Assembly: GCF_009914755.1 (NCBI RefSeq)
Contig: NC_060936.1
Length of the DNA: 64,000 nt
Origin: the human T2T-CHM13v2.0 reference genome, Homo sapiens
Reading direction: 5' to 3' (one strand)
The notes below the pieces were generated by a model. That model ran no database searches. It saw nothing but the letters and a program-made list of their open reading frames with translations, and was not told the DNA's origin. This document shows positions 27,386 to 43,537 of this stretch, in pieces (positions within the stretch are counted from its first letter, which is position 1; each line of letters opens with the position of its first letter). Position numbers and translations under genes: made by a program.

Positions 27386-28829
27386 GTATTGTATGATTTT
27401 TTTGTTTTTAAATTGCCCTGAATTTTTGCCCCATTTTGTTTGTGTTTTGGGTGAACATTACCTTTACATAGAATAACTAATGTTTCTTAACTGTCTGCTT
27501 TATATACAAAGTATTATTTTGCCTTCTTCTGAGTTTGATTAACAACTAACTTTATGTATGATAGTAGTTGTTTGGGGATTTTTCTTTTTGTAAAGATGGA
27601 CTAATATCTTAGGCCCCCAGAAACAATCCATGGAGATTATATTTTGAATTTTCCCCTTATTATTCCCATATGGTAAACTCACAACTAAAAAGAAAATTGG
27701 ATGTTGTATTATATGTTTCAGAGATTTGTACTTTTGTTTTAGATTTTGTATGCTTTCTTTCTAGATTTTCTTTCTATCCATCTGGCTTAAGAGCCCTTTT
27801 TGGTGCTAAGGAAACTCATAGAATAAGTTTCCTAAAGAGCTTATGAAAAACTCCAAGATCATTTTTTTCAATCTTCAAAAATTAATGGATTTATAAAAAT
27901 GTGAGGAGAGATTTGCTATTGCATTTGTTATTCAAACCAGAAACATATTGAAATTCTACCAGCTAAGCACTGGACTGAAAGTTTCTCAGGGCAGATTTCA
28001 AATTAGGGTACAAATACAATTTACAAATGTATTTAAAATTCTAATTTGCATTGATCACACAAGAGAGAGCTAAAAAAGAGCAACTGGTGAGAAGTCCCTG
28101 TTCATCTTTCTGTTGTGATTGTCTGACCATTTTACTCTTTCCTAGGGTGCCAAATCCATTTAAAATTAGAGCAAAAACATCTAGCCAAGTAAACCAGACA
28201 TTCTTTATATGAATAATTGCATCTAATGTATGCTAAAGATTGAGAAGATGATGGTCTAAAGGCAACTAAATGTATCTTAGGGAATCTTTAGTTTTGAGAA
28301 TGAACAAAGCTGGAATTTAAAAACAATGCCCAGTTGAGTATCTGGTGTCTTACTTAGATGTAACTGATTTTAAAGCTGGGTTTATAAATTCCTGCTCACT
28401 TGCTTAGATCTTTTGACAAATGTGTTTTTGAGAAGAAAACAGAGAAAAACAAAGATTTTGATTTTAAGCATTTTTATAGGGTGCAGTCACCAAATGAATG
28501 AAAGAAGAGGAATTACAGCCAGAGAGAGTGTGATGAGAGAGATGGACTGTGAACCTAGTACATTTGATTTTAAACATATGACATTGCCCTTCTATATTTT
28601 CTGAAGAGATTGCTAACCTATTGAAGTGGATGCTTAGCCACGGATGTGCTTTTCTGCATACGATTAAACTATGTTATCTTCCCTTCCTACCTCCAGACTT
28701 TTTTAGTGGCCTTGCATTTTTGAGGATTTTGTTGTTGTTGTTTTTAATGCCATATGAAAAGGGGTATTCTTTAATCCTTTAGGCATTGAGAGCTAGTTTC
28801 TACAGTAAGATTATGTTAATAATAACTGT

Positions 28830-29090
28830 TAATATTTGTTGACACCAGGAGTTAGATGGTTGGCTAAGCATTATATACGCATTATTTAATTTAATATACA
28901 TACTTGCATTATGGTACTATTTACTATTTTTTTCTGACATTGTACACGTGGAATTTTAGGCTTAGAAAGGTATCAGAAAGGAATTTAGGCTCAGTAACTT
29001 GCCTAAAGTTTTGCAGATCATAAATGATAGAGATGGAATTTGAATCTAGACCCCCTGACTTTAGAACTGTGGCCTTAACTACTGCTCTAT
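28830..29090 (-). mobile_element. MIR SINE
   Basis: 'gtaacttgcctaaagttttgcagatcataaatgatagagatggaatttgaatctag...ctgactttaga'. Confidence 0.65.
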
Positions 29091-29383
29091 AGTGCCTTCT
29101 TTACTGCCCAGTAAAGCAGTCATTAGGGAGGCTGGATTAAAAGCAAAGTCAAAGCACTTATATTCTCTGTTGTGATAGACACTTGGTTGTTTATCAAATA
29201 GCCATTTCTACTTTCTGCCAATTTTGTTCAGATATTGGGCAGCCAAGAACTTCAAGTACTTGGAGGAAGTTAAATAGTGATTAGTCTGAACCTAAGAGTG
29301 GTAATTTCATTATTTTGCTACAAATTAGTTAGGAATGGCCTAATGACACAATTCCTATCAATAATACATAGCAAAGATTTAAA

Positions 29384-30572
<1,189 letters not shown>

Positions 30573-32199
30573 TCAAGTTGCAGAAAAATACAAGATAATT
30601 GCATTTTGCTTAAAATATATGTAACTACATAAATAATAGACATGATTTCTATGTATGATTATGGAAAGGTTAATTTGGTGGTGATGACTAAACAGGCAGC
30701 AGGAGTAGGCTGATTTCTTTATTTTCTTCTAGAAAAGTGGTAGGATTAAAATAATAAAACTACCTTCTCAGTCAAAAGAAAAAAAAAGACATAAAGTTAA
30801 TTCTTCATAATGACTTCTGGAAAAGTGTACTTTGTTCTGAAAAAAAAGGGTAAGAATGAGATGCATTCTGGCCTGCCCTTCAGAACACTGATGGGTGGAG
30901 TATGAAACTTGAAGCAGCTGCAGCCATCTTGCAACAAAGAGGACATAATATTGAGGGGGGGGAAGGTTGCACTGAGGATAGCAGATCAAGGCAGAAAGAA
31001 GTTGAATCCTTAAGGATATTGTTAAATTGCTGTATTAATTCTGGAAACATCCTATCGCTAAACCTCTTACTTTGGAGAAAATAAGTGTCTCCAACTGATT
31101 AAGCCATTTTGATTTTTTTGATAGTTCAAAACATTCTGATACATCTCAGTCCCAAACCCTGTCCCATTTCCATATCTTCCATACATCTTATTCCCTTAGA
31201 GATGATATAACTTTGTGTGTGTGTTTTATAGTTTGTGTTAGGCTAGAAACTGGCTATAAGATTTTCTAAACAGATGTTTGAGACTTTCTGGAAGAGAGGT
31301 ATTTTGAACAAAAGTGGATAGTTTTGACTTTGAAAACTAAATATTTACAATCTTTACAAACCTCTAAGGCTGTCCAAGAAGAAAATTGTGAGTGAATGTT
31401 GTATCACATACAGAGTGGGATAAACAACACACATGAGAACCCTCAGGGGACTGTCAAACTACATGAAATTTTACACATCTTTAAGCAAACTTACAGAGCC
31501 CAGTACAAAGAGAGCAGTAAGAGCTGTGAGTGAGATCGAGACCCTCCCTGAGAAGTTCTCCTTTCTCTGGGAAAATCTATCAGCAATTGATGATGTTTAT
31601 CATAAGTATTCTGTTATAAGACATTTTAAATAATTCAGATAGAGGAAATAGGTTCTCAGTTGAAATTTAAAGTATTTTCGACTTTAACCCCATGTGTGAA
31701 GGGATCACAACTCAAGTAATCATAACAGCGAAGGACTGGCTTTTATTTATTCTGAATTTTTTGCATGGTTGCAGCATGTGGGATGTTAAAGGCATGTTGC
31801 AAGATTTCCTCAGCTGTGGTCTCTTATTACCAGCTGTGGCATGTCTTCCATGTTGGGACCATGCATGGTACATTTCACAAGGTGGAAATCAGAGTGCTTT
31901 CTTTTGGAAAAGAAACCTTGGTGACAAGGAACATTTCTTATCATTGGTTCATTTGGTGTTAGGGTGGGACATCTCAGACTCCATATACATAAATGGCTTG
32001 GAGCTGTCTCTATGACTGTCTCAGATAACCTGGTAAATTATCAATGTTAATTTTTATTCTAGATCTATGGAACCAAACACAATGTGTCTAGAGGATCTTC
32101 CTATGGTTCTTGGAAGTGCTCTAACTTCTTCAGATAATATATCTGACCATTTAGTAAATGTCTCCCCCAGTCTGTTCTGCCTCAGTTAGTGACTAAGCA

Positions 32200-32345
32200 T
32201 GGCATATTTATTTGTCTGTATATGAGTGTGTCTCCCTCAGTAGATGGTGAGCTCCTCAAGGAACTCACAGAATACAAAGGCTCTTGTACTTATGAATCCC
32301 CCAAAATGTGGCACAGTGCCCGGCACATAGCAGCAGCTGATGCAT
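32200..32345. mobile_element. L2 3'-end fragment
   Basis: 'tagatggtgagctcctcaagg...gcacagtgcccggcacatag'. Confidence 0.55.
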
Positions 32346-33787
32346 AACCCCTTTTTTTCTTCTTACAATTGTATGATGTCACTAAGAAAGATCTAAAGAG
32401 AAATATAGCAATATGTCCTACCGTGATCTTTCATCTGAGTATGGAATGGGCTAAGTAGACTCAAACCCAGTTAGTGTTCTGCAAGCAGCCACAGATTTGA
32501 AGGTGGTGGTGGTTTTCCTGGAACTGATTTGTCCTGGACTACAAAGGCAGGATGCCAGATGTATATTTGTAGGAAATCTGTGGTGCTCTTGTTACAGCTC
32601 TAGGAGCCAAAGCAAAATATCTCTTTCTTAAAGCACCATATTTTGGAATAGGCAGACACATAATAGAGCATGTCCATGGTTACTAATGAATGGAAATCTG
32701 GAAAAATATTAAATCTATGGTTATAATTATCTGATTATTCACAAATGGTATAAAAATTGAAAATCTAATAAGGAAGTTGGCATGGCAAGTGGGATTGAGA
32801 CTTTCACTAAATGGATCAACATACTGAAACAGAAATGTATTCATTAACTATGGTACTTATGACTTGACAAGATTAAAATCCTCCCACTCCCAAACACACC
32901 TACTGCAATTCCAGAGTGGAGGAAATTCCCAAATGTCATGTGGTTCATTATGCTTCTCCTAGTGGTCAAAATTTAGGATACTATTGCATATGGTAGGGAA
33001 AGCTACATTAGTTATAAGCAGAATGTCTGTGTTGGAATATATTATTTTATACTCATAAGGTACCTTCCTACTCAAACTGTTCTGGGAAGCACATAAAATG
33101 TTAAAACACATTACCTTGTGAAGGAAACCAACACAGAATGGAATGAAGCAAGGGGAAGAGAGTTGGTTTAGAAGGTGAAACTTGACTCCTGTTCTTTGAA
33201 AGGGGCCAGGGGATCTTTAATGTTTAAACAGGTCAAAATGAACATTCACTTTAAAATCTAAATGATTTTCCAGATCAAATTGGCTTTGTAAGCACTTAGT
33301 TTTTGGAATGGTGTCTGTTAATACATGCTTAGGGATTCTTAAGCAACTGGGATTCTGTCACTGAAAATAAGAGTATCTTCCAGTTTTATTTGCTTCCGCC
33401 CTTCTCCACCCTTTTAGCAAAGCCCTAATTTCTCAATATTACACTTGAGTGAACAGTGACTGGTAGAGAGCAGGAAGTTCAAAGATAAGACTCTACTTAT
33501 AAGGTGCTTTAATGGATATTTTTTCAATATCCTCTCCTCTTTCCCTTCCACTCTTGCTTGTAAAGCCAGCAGCTTCCAGAAATGCTGGCATTTCTAGTTT
33601 GGAGATAAAGGCCCAGGAAGAGGTTTTATCTACACCCAAGGAGTATCTGAGGAATGGTGATAAAGCTGTTCATTCATAACAGAGAGTTTACATGAGGGCT
33701 TAATAAGCTTGAGAGGAAATCGTGATGGCTACCATTGATCCTTGATTTTGTGTCCACTCTGTTCTAAGTGCTTCATTTATATAATTT

Positions 33788-34082
33788 TTTTTTTTTTTTT
33801 AAGACAGAGTCTCACTCTGTTGCCCAGGCTGGAGTGTGGTGGTGCGATCTCAGCGCGCTGCAGCCTCCACCTCCTGGGTTCATGGAATCCTCCTGCCTCA
33901 GCCTCTGAGTAGCTGGGATTACAGATGTGTGCCACCATACCCACCAAATTTTTGTATTTTTAGTAGAGGTGGTGTTTTGCCATGTTGGCCAGGCTGGTAT
34001 TGAACTCCTGGCCTCAAGTGATCTGTCCGCCTCAGCCTCCCAAAAGTTTTGGGATTACAGGCGTAAGCCATCACACATAGCC
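33788..34082 (-). mobile_element. AluS/J inserted in a MIR (~33730-34260)
   Basis: Antisense dimer; TSD tataattt. Confidence 0.92.
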
Positions 34083-37000
34083 TATAATTTCATTTAATCC
34101 ATATGATGAGCTTGTTAGCTGGGTACCTACCAGCATTCCTGTTTTCCACACGAAATTGTTAGAGATTCTGAGATGGTGACAATTTAAATAAAGTTCACAG
34201 TGTTAACATGGATGGGCCCTGGATTTGAGCACCAGCAATCTGACCAAGAGCTGTACTTAACTTCCACAGTGGGGCTGCCTCTAATGGTAGGAGATCAGGC
34301 CATGGAGGGTCTTGAACATTATACTTGATTATTTAGCCTTCATTCTGTATGTAGGTCATTGGTGTTGAGACATTTTCAAGGTTCCGGAATGCTTTTTCAA
34401 ATGATATTTTGGCAATATATTAAACAGATGAAAGTGCAAGTGTCAGTATACTAAACAAGGAGATGCAATCTATTAACAGAGCAACGCAAGTGTGTCTTGA
34501 AGTGAGAAGGGCATCACGAACCCCATCTACTCAGCTGTTCTCTCTGCCCTGGGCCTAGGTTGGTAACAATGGCCGTGTGGAGGGGAATATGGGAGTTATT
34601 TTGACTAGGGAAGTGTAATGCTGAATGGTTTCTTTAGCCCTGATCTTTGGGATGGAGAGAAAGAGTGAGAGAGTAGTCAGATGGCAGCCAGTTGCAACAT
34701 CACTGCAGAGGCACAAGCGTGATCTGATGAAGGCCTGTGACAGGCAGTGGGGACAGAGCAAGAGGTGGATATGAAGGGAGAATTAAGTAAAAGATAAATG
34801 GCTGAAAGAATTAAATGAAGGATAAATGGTTGAAAGTTATGAAAGGAGAGAACTTAAATATTTCAGACAATAATTTTTTAGTTCATTTATCCCTTTAGTT
34901 ATTTTCCTTTTAGAGCAACTTTTTTTTTTTTAGTTCAAAGCATCTTTTTAGTTAAAAAATGTATGTTTTCCTTCCATATTTTATTTTAAAGGGCAGATTT
35001 AAGATGCAGGATATATAGAACATGTTGTAATCCATAAGCACTCAGCATTAACTGAAAAGCATAGGATTAATTGAAATTTCAGAATGGTCTGTCACTACTT
35101 CCTGATATCAAACAAGCAAGAGATTGATGGAGCAGCTCTGGACCCACAGAGAGAAGCCCAAATGTGTGGAGTGAGTGGCAGGGTTGTGGTTCCACAGGCC
35201 TGACAGCAAGGAATGTACTCCTGGTTTTGAGAATCAGTGGAACATTTATGTTGATTATATCAAGCTCTTAAATCTCTTTCACTTCTCAGTGTCAGCCAAT
35301 CAGATTATGGAATTTTTGAAAATTTTTTTCAGTCCAAAGTTAGATGGATATGTATGTGGATGCATGAACTCTCCCCAAAATGATTATAAAATAGAACCAA
35401 AGTCATAAATCATTTTTAATTGAGTAAAGCTGGTCCCCGAGGAAAAGTAGTTAAAATAGAGTGCTGGCTAATGGGTCCACTGTGAAAGACAATTGCAGCA
35501 CCTCTGATGGGTGCCATTGTTTTGAAACTGTCACTAAATTGTTCCAATTAATTTCACTTGGATTTATGAATAAATATTCATTCTCCATTGGGCTTTCTAA
35601 CTTGTCTTTGTGTTAGAAAACCCACCTTAGCTCCATCAACCTACAATATTTTTTCCAGTGGTATGATTTATATGCTAATGATTTTCTAATTTATGTATTT
35701 TTAAAAAGCTTAGGGGACATCATATTTTTGGGTAGTTAAAGCAGTTTTTTGGGTGAAATATATGAGAATAACTAACAGTAGGTGACAATACAAAGGGAAA
35801 GTGTGATTTAATGAGCTGCTTTGGAAATAGGTTAGAACATTGACACTGAGGGGAATGTGGGCTCCCAGTGCACTCCCAGCTTCAGGACTATTCTAGAAAC
35901 TGTAGCGAGGTATTTCTTTAAGCCACAAGAGTGTGAAGTCTTTCTAAAGCTTCTCAGAGACCAAAAGGGGGATACTAATGAACACAAACTATAATACAAT
36001 TCTAATTTTACAGTACACTTAACGTTGCTGATAGCATTTTAGAGCATAATTAAGTCAAATTGGAAGGAGATTTTGGTAGGAAAATAGTCCTCTTGGCTGA
36101 GAAAGTAGATACTCATTTAAGTATTATTTACCCTCCGTTGACAATGTGCAAGCAAGCACCGTGGAGTTCACACAGTAGAATTCTAAAATATATTAAAATA
36201 GTTTTGAGTATTTTGTGATTTCCTGTCTCACGTGAAGAAGCATCTACTTTAGGATGACAGAAGGAAATGGGGAATTATGCCTGTACACTTCAACTTCTCT
36301 CAATAGAGGACTAAAAAAAGGCAGTACTACCCCTTCCAAAATATAACATAGTTTTCAAATAACAAGCTGCTTAAATTAACTTAGGGAGCAGTCATACAGA
36401 AGAAATCATTGGCTTTTAAAAGCAGATTTCCCTTGAGTACTACACTGACTTTTTCTTTTCTCTTGAGCTTCATAAAATGGAAACGGAAGCACGTATTTTC
36501 TTCCAGTGACCTCTACGTTATAATTTTAAAATATTGGTTAAAGACTGAAAGGTAACCATCATTAAACTTTGTAAAGAAAAATCAGAAAATCTAACTAAGT
36601 AACTTCAAATTAGCTACTTAAAGTTCCTTCTCAACTGTGATGATCCTCCTGGAACATGAGATAAAGATAAAGCTTTATCTTGCTGGCTGCTACCATAGCT
36701 TTCAGCTATCAAGGATCCTTTCTGTTGGTTCCATAGAAATCCACTAAATTGGGTCTGTTCCCTCAATGTCCCCTGTCCACACCTCAACCCCTTTCCATCT
36801 CATCGCTCATCTTAGTCAGCCTTGCTAAACAGCAGTTGAATGGAACACATCTGACCGAAACAAGGACTGTAAAACTGTCCAACTCTTTGCTATTTTTCCT
36901 CATCCCACTTTAATTTTTAAAGACTTTGTTTGAACCCCAGAACTTGTGATGCATCAATCAAAACTTTGCAGTTAGGGACAACAGAAATATGAAATGGTCT

Positions 37001-38262
37001 TATATGTCAATGAAGGGGTTAAGGGAGCCATTTTTTCCAGGCATTTAGCCTCAAATTAGCACTCTGGAATGTGGGGAATGTTTTAAACATAAAAAAAGCT
37101 GAGTTGTATATTATAATACATGGTAAATTTTTAAATGTTAGGGTTTCATATCACAGAACATACACACTGGAAATTAAAAGACCCATTGTTTTGAAACTTC
37201 TGCTGTTCAGATTCTTCCCTAAGCACTAGTTATAGCTGATTTAAAGACAGGGGAGGGGGTCTTAGCAGCCTGATGTGTGATTTGAGGTTCTACTTCCATT
37301 CCTTTCTATGAAAGCTGGACGAGCAGAATTCCCAAACTTTGGTCTGAAGATTTAGGGCTCACTTTATCATTACCTTTGGACCAGGCAGCTGGTTAATTTC
37401 TTGGAAACCAGGAGAAAATGAAATATTAGCACAAATAGAGTTACAAATTGGTTTTCAATCTGCCCTTTGTTGAAAAAGTTTTGTGGTGCTCGGATAGTTT
37501 ACAAAGTATAAGAGATTTCCACCGTGGAAAATTGGACTCCGAGCTCTTTGAGAGTATGAAATATATCTTATGCCTTTCTTGTAAACTTTGCATAATTGTT
37601 TAGTTTGGCTAAAGGAATTAGCGGAGATCTTTGACAGGAGGCACAGAGAGCCTTGCGATGGAGCGGCTGTCTAGTGAGTGGGCAAGCTGGCAGTGCCCCA
37701 AGAGGCGATAATGTAGGAGGCACCACAAAGCCCGCCTTGTTCCAAAATGCCTCTCCAAGCTTGGCCATTTCTCTCACTCAGCAACTTCCTCTTCCCCTGA
37801 CTCCAGCAATTGCTCTTTCATGAACTATAAAGTTGCCCCCATGAGTTAGTCCCTTAGTTACTTCCAGCAGGCCACATGGAGCTAAGTCCTGGTGAAAGGG
37901 TGCCAGAAGGGATCAAATCCTTCATTCCTTTCTTCTTCCCTTTCCTTCCCTCCTCTCTCTCTCTTTTATTCCACCTCCCTCAAAAAGGGCTTATGATAGT
38001 GATTTTTAAAACAAAATTCATTGACCTGGAATCTTGTATCAGATTAGGCGATTAGGAAAGAGAACGGAAAAGTCCAGGCAGTGACCCTTTTTTTTTTCCT
38101 GCCTTTAGCATGAATAGACACTTTCCTTCACATCACATCATCAGCCCTACTGGGTTTTCTGTCACCTTCTCTGCCTCCCAGGAATAGATATTTCAATGCA
38201 AGTGGGTGAGAATAAACCCATTATGGTCTGTATTATATACACCCCCAAACATGTAAATCATT

Positions 38263-38809
38263 TGTTTAGTCAGGGTTCTCTAGCAGGACAGAACTAATAG
38301 GATAGATGTATATATGAAGGGAAGTTTATTAAGGAATGTTGACTCACAAGATCACAAGGTGAAGTCCCATAATAGGCTGTCTGCAAGCTGATGAGCAAGG
38401 AAGCCAGTCTGAGTTCCAAAACCTCAAAAGTAGGGAAGCTGACAGTGCAGCCTTCAGTCTGTGGCAGAAGGCCTGAGAGCTCCTGGCAGATCACTGGTGT
38501 GAGTCCAAGAGTCCAAAAGCTGAAGAACTTGGAGTCTGATATTCAAGGGCAGGAAGCATCCAGCATGGGAGAAAGATGAAGGCCAGAAGACTTAGCAAGT
38601 CTAGTCCTTCCACGTTCTTTTTCCTGCTTTATTCCAGATGTACTGGCAGCCGATTAGATGGTGCCCACCCAGATTCAAGATGGGTCTGTCTCTCCCAGTC
38701 CACTGACTCAAATGTTAACCTCTGTTGGCAACATCCTCACAGATATACCAGGAACAATACTTTGCCTCCTTCAATCCAATCAAGTTGACACTTAATATTA
38801 ACCATCACA
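38263..38809 (-). mobile_element. MLT2A1-like solo LTR (HERV-L)
   Basis: 'ttagtcagggttctctagcaggacagaactaataggatagatg' to 'caatcaagttgacacttaatattaaccatcaca'; TSD tcatt/gcatt. Confidence 0.92.
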
Positions 38810-39115
38810 GCATTTATTATTATAAGATATTTTAACTATTCTTTGTAACAGATTATGTGACAGCTTCCAACAAATCTGGATTTATCATGGGTTCCCCTAG
38901 GGAAGATGCTAGTCAGACAGGGAACAACGTGGAAGCAACTGACTTCTTTTTCTACTTTTTAAGGAGAGAAGGCTTGATAATAGCAGCAAGCATCAAGGAT
39001 ACAACTATGGGCAGCTTCAATGAGTGAAAACCATCTGCTTTAAAATCAATGTGTGCGATATGAATGATTAAAAAATTTTGCCCAGAGTTTTCTTTGCAGT
39101 AGTGCGGGGGTAACT

Positions 39116-40012
39116 TCTCATGCAAACGGTGTCTGAGATAAATTTCCTTACTACCTTACTATAGTCGTAGTCTGAATAAATTTATTAAGAACCTTCTGGA
39201 GAACAGGATTGAAAGTGAGAAGGGTAGACAGTTGCCTGCAAGAGCTACTAGGCTTCAAAGGGGTAACTGAGGGGTTGCCTCAGTTACCCAGAATAGTGCA
39301 GCAGGTAAAAGGAGAAGATGGCTAAGGAGAACTAAGAACCCACTGCTGGAGCTGAAAGAGATGCAGAATTAAGGGATGTCAAAGTAAAATGAGAGTTTTA
39401 CAAGATATAAATGAGTGTATCTTAATGCAATGGTGTCCTTCAGGCATCTGCCTCTATTCCCAGGCAGAAACCCTATAAATAAACCTGAACCCCTTTTGTA
39501 TCATTTTGAAAGCTCATCTAGAATTGTCATGTTTATTTAATCACATTTCCACTTCAGGAAGTTGATAGGATGTTTCAGGAAGATAATAGGACATGCCAGA
39601 ACATTTGAAAAGAGACAAACTTGTTGTCTTATACAAGACTGAGCTAGCTAGCTATCAATCTGTCATCTATCCTTCATTCATCTATTGATTCAATTTCTGC
39701 TGTGAAGTTAGAATACTTGAAGATTTCAAAGTTTTCCAGTAACCTTATGTAACTGGCATGATGTTTCTTCAGATTGGACTATATTAGGCCATATTCTGTG
39801 TTTTGGGTTTTCAGGCACCCTGGAAAACTTCCCTCCCTGCCTTAAAACGCCAGTAATCACTTTGACCACTGTTCTAATGCAAACAGTGTCTGAGATAAAT
39901 TTCCTTACTATTGTCATAGTCTGAATAAATTTATTAAGAACCTTCTGGAGAACAGGATTGAAAATGAGAAGGGTAGACAGTTGCCTGCAAGAGCTACTGG
40001 GTTTCAAAGGGG
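39116..40012 (+). repeat. Local direct duplication of unique sequence, copies 39116-39263 and 39873-40012
   Basis: Manual alignment: 7 substitutions plus an 8-bp tandem duplication (ccttacta) in the left copy. Confidence 0.95.
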
Positions 40013-40572
40013 GAAAGGAGTAAGTAAAATGGAAGTTGGGGTCTTGTTAAAATTCCACTTTACAGTCTTGTGAATGACTAATGTCATTGTTATCCACTAG
40101 AAGGATAAAGAAACAAGCTTGGTGATAGATTACGTCATGTGCATCCTTGTGCCTACTGATGTGTGAGGAACTGCTTTCAGTGGAACATGAATTATTACAA
40201 ATTGATGTGGTTTTTGGAGACCTCTTTGCTGAGAGGAGCCTTGGTTTTAAGATGGGTAGGTGTTTGTATTAAGCAACGATGTCCTTTCTTTTGTTTCTGT
40301 CAGCATTAGAGAGACTGAGGTGGAGTAAGCAAGGTGTGCAGGGGGAAAGGACTAATTCAAAAAATCTTATGGGTACAAGTAGCAAAAACTTCCTCTTTGC
40401 AATTCTGGTTCTAGAAAAAATGTCAGTATAACCACGGTATATAACGGCTATAATAATAGGTCCCTGAATCATTAAACAGTATTGCCTTCTTTTGCTTTTA
40501 ATATTAGTTTTTTCCCCGTTAAACCCTTAACTGTTCACAGGCACAGGTTTTATGGTTTTAATGCCAAGCTAT

Positions 40573-40870
40573 GGCCAGGTGCAATGGTTCACACCTGTAG
40601 TCCTAGCACTTTGTGAGGCTGAGGTGGGCGGATCATTTGAGACTAGGAGTTTTGAGACCAGCCTGGGCAACATGGCAAAACCCTGTCTCTACAAAAAATA
40701 CAAAAATTAGCTGGGTGTGGTGGCGTGCACCTGTAGTTCCAGCTACTTGGAAGTCTGAAGTGGGAGGATCACCTGAGCCCTCCAGGGAGGTTGAGGTTGC
40801 AGTGAGCAGTGATCATGCCACTGCACTCCAGCGTTGGTGATAGAGTGAGACTCTGTCTCAAAACAAAACA
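40573..40870 (+). mobile_element. AluJ
   Basis: J-type 'gggaggatcacctgagccc', 'gatcatgccactgc'; TSD aagctat. Confidence 0.92.
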
Positions 40871-41044
40871 AAGCTATATGTATCTTTGAGCAAATCTATC
40901 ATTAGAATAAACTTGTAGAAATAGAAGTGCTAGGGATTTTGATGCTTATTGGCAAACCTCAGGAGATTTGTACCTATTTATAGAATTCTCAATAGTATTT
41001 TTATCCTCAAATACTTGTCAGTAATAAGTATTTTAATTCTTTTT

Positions 41045-42203
<1,159 letters not shown>

Positions 42204-42205
42204 TT

Positions 42206-43420
42206 AATATTTTTCAGTGTGAGAGGTGAAATATTAGATGTCTAATTTAATTTTCTTAGAGTTTTGAGTTGAATATTTTGCTTATTTTCATTTATTCTTT
42301 ATTAATAAACTCCCTAAAGCTATAAATTTTTCTCTGAGGGCAGCTTTTGCCATCCGTTTTGATGGATAGTTCCCACTGCTATTTTCTAAATAGCTTATAC
42401 TAAGAATTTTGATTTTCTTTCAACTCAAGTTATTTATATTTTAAAATTGCTAATTGTATAATTAATGTTTAAACTTTTTTAAAAATAGAGTCACGTAATG
42501 AAGCCTGTATTATGTCACTTATTGGAAGTTTTGAAGTTTTCTTTATAGCATTTTATTTTACATGTTTTGGTAAACATTCCAAGAACATTAGGAAAGAAAG
42601 CATATTCTCAGTGTGCAGAATTTAGCAGGCATCTATTATTAAGACTTTTTTATGTTATCTGACTTCTATATTCTTATTCATTGTCGATTTAACCTGTCAC
42701 AGATAAACCCACTTATAATTTCACTCTTGAAAATTCTTTGTTGTGACTTGAATAGCTTTTTCTTTATATATCTCAATATTTGGCATGCCAATATTTAGTT
42801 CTGTAATATCTTCACAGTAGAGTAAACCTTTCATTGATATAAAATAGCTCTTTTTTCTTTATTTAGTACTTTTGAATTCTACTCTGTCTGATGTTGATAT
42901 GAGTACTTCTTCTTTTATTTTCTTTGAACATTTTGTGCCATTTTAATTTAGGTGTGTCTCTTATAAGCAGCATACAATTGAGGTTTTTTGTTTTTGGCTT
43001 AATCACAGAGACAGTGTTTGGCCTTTACAGAGGAGTTTAACTCATTCACTTTTCTTACGAAAACTGATATGCATGGCTTTACTTCTGCCATCTATCTCAT
43101 TCTATTGTCTGCATACTGCTCTCTTTTGTTCTTTTCTTCTTTTCTGTATTGACTAGATTTTCTTAGTTTTTTTTTTTCTTAACTGCTTTGGAAGTTATGA
43201 ACTCCATGTTGGTATAACTAGTAGCTATCTTTAACATTTAGGTAATATATCTCAACCTATATTTATAGATCAACATCATGAATGAAGCAGTAGCTACTTA
43301 TTCTTTAATAGCAATATAAAAAATTTCATGCTTTAAAAAAATAACACTATTCCATCCAGTTTTTCATGCCTTTTTTGGGGTTACTAGATTTTAAAGTAAT
43401 TCATATCTGGGTATAATGAA
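42206..43420 (-). mobile_element. Highly degenerate old L1M fragments
   Basis: 'aaagctataaatttttctctgagggcagcttt', 'ggtgtgtctcttataagcagcata'. Confidence 0.55.
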
Positions 43421-43502
43421 GAAAAGCATAAGGGGATATGATAGAAAGGTTGAAGTTGTTTGCAAACAATGGTAGATGTAGCTGGGGCAGAGGGGCTACT
43501 TT

Positions 43503-43537
<35 letters not shown>

